NCBI RefSeq assembly: GCF_009914755.1
Contig: NC_060936.1
Direction: 5' to 3' (one strand)
Source: the human T2T-CHM13v2.0 reference genome, Homo sapiens
Length of the DNA stretch: 64,000 nucleotides
In this document: piece after piece, positions 1 through 9,889 of the stretch
How the letters are laid out: every line of letters begins with the position of its first letter
Position numbering within the stretch: the stretch's first letter is position 1
Position numbers and translations under genes: made by a program
The notes under the pieces: generated by a model
Seen by the model: only the letters and a program-made list of their open reading frames with translations
Database searches by the model: none
What the model was told of the DNA's origin: nothing

Positions 1-119
1 CAACAGATTTTTTAGCATGCCATCCATGGCCAACCACTGTCTGATCCCATCCCCACTTACCACCCCTACCAATTCATCCTCATAATCATCTTGACATTTT
101 CTTATTCTTCAAGATCTGA

Positions 120-305
<186 letters not shown>

Positions 306-593
306 TGATCCTCCCACCTCTGCTTTCTGAGTTGCTGGGGCTACAGGTGCAGGCCACCAGGCCTGGTTCCAACCTCTAGTTTTTGTGCACATGGTATATA
401 CTCCCCACAGGCAAGGACTCTGACAAATATTTCTTCACTTCCCACATTGCTGAGAATAATGCCTTGGACAATACCTTACACATGGTATTGATCACTGCTT
501 AAAACCTCCTAATGCCCCAATGGCTTTCCATATCGCCAGGCCAATAATAAAAGCCCTACCTATGCCTACCTGGTCCTATCTGATCTGATGTGC

Positions 594-900
594 TTTTTTT
601 TTTTTTTTTTTTTTTTAAGACAGAGTCTCACTCTGTCTCTCCCGGGCTGGAGTGCAGTGGCACGATCTTGGCTCACTATAACCTCCGCCTCCCAGGTTCA
701 AGCAATTCTCCTGCCTCAGCCTTCCGACTAGCTGGGATCACAGGCGTGTGCCACCATGTCCAGCTAATTTTTGTATTATTAGTAGAGACAGGGTTTCACC
801 ATGTTGGCCAGGCTGGTCTTGAACTCCTGACCTCAAGTGATCCACCCACCTTGGCCTTCCAAAGTGCTAGGATTATAGGCGTGAGCACCGTGCCCAGCCC
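594..900 (-). mobile_element. Alu (AluS)
   Basis: Poly-T then full reverse Alu dimer; CTGATG on both flanks. Confidence 0.95.
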
Positions 901-903
901 TGA

Positions 904-1700
<797 letters not shown>

Positions 1701-3244
1701 ATTGAATTAAAAGTGTCAGAAGGAGATGACTGTGAAATTCCCAAAGTCTAAAAATATGTGAGCTTAGAAGAATGGTGGAGTTGAGTGCTGCCTCATTATA
1801 AACATCCTCGAGGAAGGACTGAAACTGTGTGCTTGCGGTGGGAGGGGCAGCTGGGCAAGGAACCGTGAACCTTCGCAGAAACATTTGGGGCTGCAGAACT
1901 TGGGTGAGAGCGCTGCATCTGGGAGCTGGCGACGCTGGCGGCTTGCTCATTCACCCCATCTGAACACTTGTCTATGACACAGGTGTTTTCTCTTAAGTTA
2001 TTTTGGTCTTTGCCTCTCTCCTCAGGTTGTGAAGATTACAGAAATCTGGGATGGCTTATGGGACGCTTCTCAGCCCTAAGTAGGAAAACAGCAGTGAAAA
2101 TGGCAACCAAAACATCACGCAGGACTGGGGGTTTTGGGGAAACAGCTCACTTTAGAGCAGTGCAGTGTAGAGCTTTCCGTCTTCTACCAGGGTCCACCTT
2201 TAACACTGTTTATCTGAAAATTTTCCCCCTGGCTTACTCGCTTGCAGCTGCCCACTTTGCAGAAGGATGGCGCTCTGATCTCTACGCTCCCTGTTCCTTC
2301 AGGGACTCCATAGTATTTTTTTTCACGCGTCGTCGCTACTACAGCAGACGCCTGCGTTCTCATTATTTGCTGTACAGATCTCCGGTGCCTTGACTGTAAA
2401 CAAAACACTTTAGATCATTGTGAGGTCGATGTAAGCACAGCCTTTCTGCTGGCAGCCAGACTTCTTAAGGTGGTGTGACTGTGACTTGCTTACTTTTCGA
2501 GATCAACAACAACAAAGCGACAAAATGGTGCTCCTACATATTAGTTGAAAGATTCAGCATGTGAAGGGGATCGAAGTGTTTATTTTCCACTTCCATATAA
2601 GACATGAATTCCATGAGTAAAATCAAACTTCTGTGGCAAGGTGAACTACTCTAGAATGTCTCCATTTACATACATGTGGTAGTTTGGATGTTTATGCATA
2701 TGGATAGATGCACATATATAGAGTTCCTGTGTTGTCTAGCAATTGTTTTAAAATTTGGACAATTATCTAATTTCTAGGGTAAGGTATAAATTATGGTAGG
2801 GAGGCCTACCCTAATTTTCCTGTTCCTTTTCCCCCAGTCTGCAGTCCAATAAATTGACAGCCTTAAAAGTAGAAAAACTAAAGAGGATGAGACCTCTTGC
2901 TTGATCCTAGGTGAATTCTTTTCTGTCAGTTAGGTAGGAAGTCCTGACTTGAAAACTAGTTCTGGGCACTGCCCCCTTTACTGTTCTCTGGGTATCAACC
3001 CCTGTCCTTCAATTTTAGTTGAACTAGTGGATGGTGATACCACAGGCTCAAGACAGCTGCATTTAAATATCAGTGACCACAGGCCACATCAAGGAAACAT
3101 CTGCAGGCAACCCAGGGCCTGGGAAGGAGCCATTTTCAGTCACTTGTAAGACAGCAGGACCTGCAGACTACAGCACAATCAAACTCAGACAAAACCCTGA
3201 ACCAGTGAGAACCATTAGGAAGGAAAGGAACAGAAAATGAACCA

Positions 3245-3405
3245 ACCTGAGTGTTAGGAGACTTGCATCTAGTCCTGACTCCGGTACCAACCGAATGCAT
3301 GTCCCTGGACAGGAAACCTCTCTGAGTCTCGATTTCCTCCGTGGTAAAAAGGAGAGGGTTAAACCACAGGGTCCCGAGGGTCCCTTCCAGCTGTCACATT
3401 CTGGA
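3245..3405. mobile_element. MIR/MIR3 SINE
   Basis: CORE-like CCTGGACAGGAAACCTCTCTGAGTCTCGATTTCCTCCGTGGTAAAA and GGTCCCTTCCAGCT. Confidence 0.6.
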
Positions 3406-4857
3406 GCGTATGAGATGAGGTAGGCACACAAAGTGGACAAGATGTGGCTAAGAAAACAAGCTACACATCAAGCTCATCTGTAGCATAGGTGCTTAAGAAA
3501 ACTTTGCTGCTGTGTAATATTAGAACGGAAGGTTGGTTTCCAGTAAAATGCATTAACTTTGGCTCAAACCAAGATGATGGGTACCGGGCATGGGGGTGGG
3601 GAGGCAGTTGAAGATCCACTGAGCTTTGTCTCAGGGCAGCCCTGCTCATCGTCCTACTTTACCTTCCACCACGGTGCTCAAGCCCACACTGAGAGAGAAA
3701 TTTCCAGCTGCAAAAGGGAGAAGAGAAACGCTGGAATACTAGTATCGGACGTTAGGACATGGTTGTGGTGTTTTAAAAATCATTTCATCATCTGGAGTTT
3801 GACCCCGAGGGGAGTATTTTCACCCTTCAGCCCTCTGAAAGCATTCACTAGCATCTGAATATTGTTCTGAGTTTGTTGGAGCAGTGAAATCTGGTGAGAG
3901 AGAAGGGTGGAGGAAGGAAGGAGCTGTTGTATTTGGCGGCTGGACTCAGGTAGAGGAAACTGCTACAATCCCGGGAAAGAACAGAAAAGTAGAAAGGGAC
4001 GAGTTCCCACACGCAGCCAATGTCCATGGCCTTAACTGTGCTTGGGAAGGAAGATCCTGGGCCAGGGGTGTACCCTCGTTTTTCAAAACTAAACGTGTCT
4101 GAGACAGCTACAAAGTTTATTAAGGGACTTGAGAGACTAGAGTTTTTTGTTTTTTTTTTTTTAATCTTGAGTTCCTTTCTTATTTTCATTGAGGGAGAGC
4201 TTGAGTTCATGATAAGTGCCGCGTCTACTCCTGGCTAATTTCTAAAAGAAAGACGTTCGCTTTGGCTTCTTCCCTAGGCCCCCAGCCTCCCCAGGGATGG
4301 CAGAAACTTCTGGGTTAAGGCTGAGCGAACCATTGCCCACTGCCTCCACCAGCCCCCAGCAAAGGCACGCCGGCGGGGGGGCGCCCAGCCCCCCCAGCAA
4401 ACGCTCCGCGGCCTCCCCCGCAGACCACGAGGTGGGGGCCGCTGGGGAGGGCCGAGCTGGGGGCAGCTCGCCACCCCGGCTCCTAGCGAGCTGCCGGCGA
4501 CCTTCGCGGTCCTCTGGTCCAGGTCCCGGCTTCCCGGGAGAGGAGCGGGAGGGAGGTCGGGGCTTAGGCGCCGCTGCGAACCCGCCAACGCAGCGCCGGG
4601 CCCCGAACCTCAGGCCCCGCCCCAGGTTCCCGGCCGTTTGGCTAGTTTGTTTGTCTTAATTTTAATTTCTCCGAGGCCAGCCAGAGCAGGTTTGTTGGCA
4701 GCAGTACCCCTCCAGCAGTCACGCGACCAGCCAATCTCCCGGCGGCGCTCGGGGAGGCGGCGCGCTCGGGAACGAGGGGAGGTGGCGGAACCGCGCCGGG
4801 GCCACCTTAAGGCCGCGCTCGCCAGCCTCGGCGGGGCGGCTCCCGCCGCCGCAACCA

Positions 4858-4947
4858 ATGGATCTCCTCCTCTGTTTAAATAGACTCGCCGTGTCAATCA
4901 TTTTCTTCTTCGTCAGCCTCCCTTCCACCGCCATATTGGGCCACTAA
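4858..4947 (+). CDS. CDKN1B 5'UTR upstream ORF, 29 aa (MDLLLCLNRLAVSIIFFFVSLPSTAILGH)
   Basis: Translated by hand from ATG 4858 to TAA 4945-4947, leaving 429 nt to the main ATG. Matches the known regulatory p27 uORF; the CCTT at c.-456..-453 deleted in a reported MEN4 allele falls at 4921-4924. Confidence 0.88.
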   Translation: MDLLLCLNRLAVSIIFFFVSLPSTAILGH

Positions 4948-5310
4948 AAAAAGGGGGCTCGTCTTTTCGGGGTGTTTTTCTCCCCCTCCCCTGTCCCCGC
5001 TTGCTCACGGCTCTGCGACTCCGACGCCGGCAAGGTTTGGAGAGCGGCTGGGTTCGCGGGACCCGCGGGCTTGCACCCGCCCAGACTCGGACGGGCTTTG
5101 CCACCCTCTCCGCTTGCCTGGTCCCCTCTCCTCTCCGCCCTCCCGCTCGCCAGTCCATTTGATCAGCGGAGACTCGGCGGCCGGGCCGGGGCTTCCCCGC
5201 AGCCCCTGCGCGCTCCTAGAGCTCGGGCCGTGGCTCGTCGGGGTCTGTGTCTTTTGGCTCCGAGGGCAGTCGCTGGGCTTCCGAGAGGGGTTCGGGCCGC
5301 GTAGGGGCGC

Positions 5311-5337
5311 TTTGTTTTGTTCGGTTTTGTTTTTTTG
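5311..5337 (+). promoter_or_regulatory. U-rich element of the p27 5'UTR (HuR/hnRNP C-binding translational control element)
   Basis: TTTGTTTTGTTCGGTTTTGTTTTTTTG inside an otherwise GC-rich UTR, 40-66 nt before the ATG; function is from prior knowledge of p27 mRNA. Confidence 0.75.
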
Positions 5338-5376
5338 AGAGTGCGAGAGAGGCGGTCGTGCAGACCCGGGAGAAAG

Positions 5377-5851
5377 ATGTCAAACGTGCGAGTGTCTAAC
5401 GGGAGCCCTAGCCTGGAGCGGATGGACGCCAGGCAGGCGGAGCACCCCAAGCCCTCGGCCTGCAGGAACCTCTTCGGCCCGGTGGACCACGAAGAGTTAA
5501 CCCGGGACTTGGAGAAGCACTGCAGAGACATGGAAGAGGCGAGCCAGCGCAAGTGGAATTTCGATTTTCAGAATCACAAACCCCTAGAGGGCAAGTACGA
5601 GTGGCAAGAGGTGGAGAAGGGCAGCTTGCCCGAGTTCTACTACAGACCCCCGCGGCCCCCCAAAGGTGCCTGCAAGGTGCCGGCGCAGGAGAGCCAGGAT
5701 GTCAGCGGGAGCCGCCCGGCGGCGCCTTTAATTGGGGCTCCGGCTAACTCTGAGGACACGCATTTGGTGGACCCAAAGACTGATCCGTCGGACAGCCAGA
5801 CGGGGTTAGCGGAGCAATGCGCAGGAATAAGGAAGCGACCTGCAACCGACG
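5377..5851 (+). CDS. CDKN1B: Cyclin-dependent kinase inhibitor 1B (p27Kip1), coding exon 1
   Basis: MSNVRVSNGSPSLERMDARQAEHPKPSACRNLFGP...KRPATD, the Cip/Kip kinase-inhibitory domain with RNLFG and WNFDF; 475 nt ending at donor ACG|GTAATG (phase 1). Codon 109 is GTC (Val) at 5701-5703. Confidence 0.99.
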
Positions 5852-6361
5852 GTAATGACCCTTTCCCAACCATAGAATGTGTTTGGGGCCCCGCTTTGCC
5901 TGCTGGAGGGTGTTAACCTTAGCTTGCTTTTCGGCGTATTCTGATTTAGCTTTGGGAGAGCTAACTTTATTGGTCTTAGGTGTTCAGTGCTACCTGGCCC
6001 ACTGCTTGTCTGTTTGTGACTTTTAAGTCAGAAACTGGAGATGGTAAGATCCGATAATTTCCCTAACTTAATACATCGCGGTCCCTCTCACTAGCAACTC
6101 CTAGGTATGTGACAAAGTTGGGATGTTTATCAACGGTCCGCCTCCTGGCTAGGGAAAGAGCTCTGGGGCGGAGAATGCACTTTCTGTTTTTTGAAAACAA
6201 CCTCATTTTGTGCCCTTAAAAGCCACTGGGGATGACGGATCCAGGATTGTGGGTGGAGGTAGTGGGTTTTTCATCCCCTGACTATGGGGCCAACTTCTGC
6301 CAGCCATTGTTTTTTCTAATAAAGATTGTGTGTTCTTTTTAAAAATTTCCCCTGCGCTTAG

Positions 6362-6483
6362 ATTCTTCTACTCAAAACAAAAGAGCCAACAGAACAGAAG
6401 AAAATGTTTCAGACGGTTCCCCAAATGCCGGTTCTGTGGAGCAGACGCCCAAGAAGCCTGGCCTCAGAAGACGTCAAACGTAA
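6362..6483 (+). CDS. CDKN1B: p27Kip1 coding exon 2 (exon runs to 6491)
   Basis: Acceptor CTTAG|AT; reads (D)SSTQNKRANRTEENVSDGSPNAGSVEQTPKKPGLRRRQT* including T187 (TPKK) and T198; 475+122=597 nt =198 aa+stop; donor TCG|GTGGGT at 6491/6492. Confidence 0.99.
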
Positions 6484-8147
6484 ACAGCTCGGTGGGTTGA
6501 TCACTAAAGGAGCACGCACTGGAACCCGGGGCCTTCAGACCTCACGATACCTGATCTTACTGGTTGCTGGCAAATTAAAAGCTTATGGGGTTTTGTTTTG
6601 TTTATACTTCGTGAGGTCAAAAAAGTAGCAATGGGGAAGGCTGGGGATACGGTAATTCCTCAGAGTTTCTATGCCCAGAGATACTTTCTCTTCAAACTGT
6701 TGACCAGAGCAGCTACTTGTAACCCAGGCCCCATCGGGTAGGAAGGTCGTTTCCCTGTGAGTCCCACTAAAACGTGTTGGGAGCAATAGGTTCTTTGCCC
6801 ATCCGAACAAGAACTAGGGTACTCCCTCAGTCCGAATTAATGAGAATTAATTTCCTAGAGGTTCAGCTTGAGTCGGTAACAGATTTTGAGCCATACATGG
6901 AAAAATGGCAAATACATGATTAAGTTTCAATTTTGAGGGGGAATGTTTGGTAGAAATTGCTCATCTTTGGTTATGCAAGGGATTAGAGATGTGAATAGGA
7001 TGGTATGTTGTGTTCTTTGACATTTTAATAAACTGTCACTTTCCCTGTTGTCTCCTAAGTTTGGAGAGAGAAGGAACCAGTATTTGCAAAAACCAAATGG
7101 AAAGATAAAAAAGTTACTAAAGTTTCTACAGAATTTCTGGTAACACTGAAGTTGCAAAGCAGAAGTTAAATTAACTCTTGTCAGTAAGCAATCCAGGAAC
7201 ACGTCAGCCAGTGTATGCTAATTGTGCCGTAACAGGGTGATTTGGATATTTGTAGGGGAAATGGGTAGTAAATATCAAGACTGGTGACCGTAGGTCAGCC
7301 CAGCACAAAGGAAGTGGAGATTTTTCCATGCACAAGAATCTGATCACTGTAAATAGCTAATTTGAATAATTCAGTCCCCAGATAACCAACATGGGTTGGT
7401 TATTCATAATAAACTACATATTTTAATAGTTTATTAGCTTCCTTTAGACCAAGACTGTGACCTCTTTATTTTCTAAAGCACACACGTAGTTTAGCATATG
7501 AGGCGATAAAATATTGATGTTAACTTTTTAAATCCCCAGTTATAAAAATTTTAAAACAACAGGGATTAAGGTGAGATTCAGGTTTGTTGTGTCTTTAAAT
7601 TGTATATGTGACTTCACATATCTTTTTCAGCGCTTATACAAAACGGCACTATAGAACCTCCATTTTACAGCACCATATGAAGTGGGAAAATTAGGTGAAA
7701 ATTTTCCTGAAGCAACCTTAACATGCGCAGCCCTTGTTGGTTTGTGACTTGTGGCCTAGCTCATCAGATGAGCCACGAGAATCAGACCTGGATTTTGATC
7801 TGGCCCTGTTCTGACATGCAATGAGGCATTTGTAGCATTTAGTAATATTGCTAGTTCAAAGAATACTAGAAATATTAGTAAGAACCTATTCAAAAGTATT
7901 CATGAGTATTTTCTGCATATGAATCAGGAATTAGAATATTTTGAAAATGATGTTAATAAAATTTTCCTCTGGAAGGCCTTTATAATTTTTATTCCCAATC
8001 ATTTTTCAAATTTAGAAAGTTTAATCTGTCACAGGAGAAAAAAAATTAAAAATTTTCAAAAATTTAGAAAATTTTTACCCGTAAGTATTACAGTTTCCTA
8101 ATTATCCTATTTATTTCCCACTTGCCTTTGACCTAGATTATTTAGAG

Positions 8148-8368
8148 TAGGGTTTCTCAGCCTCTGCACTAATGACATTTTGGGCCGAATAATTCTGTTG
8201 TAGGAGGCTGTCCTGTGTGTTTTAGATTGTTTGGAATTATCCCTGGCCTCTCACATTAGATGCCAGCAGTATCCTCCTCCCCCAGTGTGACAACCTAAAA
8301 TGTCTCCAGACATTGCCAAATGTTCCCTGTGGGGCGGGGGCAACATTGCCCACTGTTAAGAACTACTG
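8148..8368. mobile_element. MER20 (hAT-Charlie MITE) in CDKN1B intron 2
   Basis: Termini TAGGGTTTCTCA...TAAGAACTACTG, internal GACAACCTAAAATGTCTCCAGACATTGCCAAATG; flanks resemble the TCTAGA-type hAT target. Confidence 0.85.
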
Positions 8369-8764
8369 CTCTAGACCAAAGAACACAGCACAGAGGAAAG
8401 GAAAAAAAAATCCAGTTAAGAGAATGTTAGGTGGAGATGACTATAGTCATCAAACTTTTTTCCCCATCAAGTATTTCCAAGCTAACATAGTGACAAAATA
8501 ATTCCTGTACTCTACTGGTAACGTTAATCTAGTGCTCTTCCTTTAATTCTTCCGTTTTGTTTTCTTTTGCAGAATTAAGAATATGTTTCCTTGTTTATCA
8601 GATACATCACTGCTTGATGAAGCAAGGAAGATATACATGAAAATTTTAAAAATACATATCGCTGACTTCATGGAATGGACATCCTGTATAAGCACTGAAA
8701 AACAACAACACAATAACACTAAAATTTTAGGCACTCTTAAATGATCTGCCTCTAAAAGCGTTGG

Positions 8765-8772
8765 ATGTAGCA
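8765..8772 (+). promoter_or_regulatory. miR-221/222 8-mer target site 1
   Basis: ATGTAGCA, complementary to seed GCUACAU plus A1; established p27 regulation. Confidence 0.9.
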
Positions 8773-8816
8773 TTATGCAATTAGGTTTTTCCTTATTTGC
8801 TTCATTGTACTACCTG

Positions 8817-8824
8817 TGTATATA
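8817..8824 (+). promoter_or_regulatory. Pumilio response element (proximal)
   Basis: TGTATATA fits UGUANAUA and lies between the two miR-221/222 sites. Confidence 0.85.
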
Positions 8825-8837
8825 GTTTTTACCTTTT

Positions 8838-8845
8838 ATGTAGCA
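8838..8845 (+). promoter_or_regulatory. miR-221/222 8-mer target site 2
   Basis: Second ATGTAGCA, 73 nt after the first. Confidence 0.9.
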
Positions 8846-9632
8846 CATAAACTTTGGGGAAGGGAGGGCAGGGTGGGGCTGAGGAACTGACGTGGAGCGG
8901 GGTATGAAGAGCTTGCTTTGATTTACAGCAAGTAGATAAATATTTGACTTGCATGAAGAGAAGCAATTTTGGGGAAGGGTTTGAATTGTTTTCTTTAAAG
9001 ATGTAATGTCCCTTTCAGAGACAGCTGATACTTCATTTAAAAAAATCACAAAAATTTGAACACTGGCTAAAGATAATTGCTATTTATTTTTACAAGAAGT
9101 TTATTCTCATTTGGGAGATCTGGTGATCTCCCAAGCTATCTAAAGTTTGTTAGATAGCTGCATGTGGCTTTTTTAAAAAAGCAACAGAAACCTATCCTCA
9201 CTGCCCTCCCCAGTCTCTCTTAAAGTTGGAATTTACCAGTTAATTACTCAGCAGAATGGTGATCACTCCAGGTAGTTTGGGGCAAAAATCCGAGGTGCTT
9301 GGGAGTTTTGAATGTTAAGAATTGACCATCTGCTTTTATTAAATTTGTTGACAAAATTTTCTCATTTTCTTTTCACTTCGGGCTGTGTAAACACAGTCAA
9401 AATAATTCTAAATCCCTCGATATTTTTAAAGATCTGTAAGTAACTTCACATTAAAAAATGAAATATTTTTTAATTTAAAGCTTACTCTGTCCATTTATCC
9501 ACAGGAAAGTGTTATTTTTAAAGGAAGGTTCATGTAGAGAAAAGCACACTTGTAGGATAAGTGAAATGGATACTACATCTTTAAACAGTATTTCATTGCC
9601 TGTGTATGGAAAAACCATTTGAAGTGTACCTG

Positions 9633-9640
9633 TGTACATA
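9633..9640 (+). promoter_or_regulatory. Pumilio response element (distal)
   Basis: TGTACATA fits UGUANAUA. Confidence 0.7.
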
Positions 9641-9883
9641 ACTCTGTAAAAACACTGAAAAATTATACTAACTTATTTATGTTAAAAGATTTTTTTTAAT
9701 CTAGACAATATACAAGCCAAAGTGGCATGTTTTGTGCATTTGTAAATGCTGTGTTGGGTAGAATAGGTTTTCCCCTCTTTTGTTAAATAATATGGCTATG
9801 CTTAAAAGGTTGCATACTGAGCCAAGTATAATTTTTTGTAATGTGTGAAAAAGATGCCAATTATTGTTACACATTAAGTAATC

Positions 9884-9889
9884 AATAAA
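9884..9889 (+). terminator. CDKN1B polyadenylation signal
   Basis: AATAAA at the end of the AU-rich UTR with TGTA elements upstream and GT/T-rich sequence downstream. Confidence 0.88.

Larger units (their letters stand above)
4350..5860. promoter_or_regulatory. CDKN1B: CpG island / CDKN1B promoter and exon 1
   Basis: Very GC- and CpG-rich stretch spanning the p27 start codon; CCAAT at 4731-4735 and 4855-4859, GC box GGGCGG at 4834-4839, AT-rich TTTAAATA at 4875-4882. Boundaries by eye. Confidence 0.92.

Noticed and set aside
1925-2278. CTCF-like strings GGCGACGCTGGCGGC and GCAGAAGGATGGCGCT
   Set aside because: Each needs an indel or several mismatches to fit the core motif.
1968-2393. 141-aa ORF upstream of CDKN1B
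   Set aside because: No recognisable homology or exon structure; the region is reported only as a possible regulatory element.
4274-5552. Overlapping ORFs around the CDKN1B promoter
   Set aside because: GC-content artefacts and antisense shadows of exon 1.
5317-5916. 199-aa ORF in the track taken as the p27 protein
   Set aside because: It starts at a TTG in the U-rich UTR element and reads through the exon 1 donor; the real CDS is 5377-5851 joined to 6362-6483.
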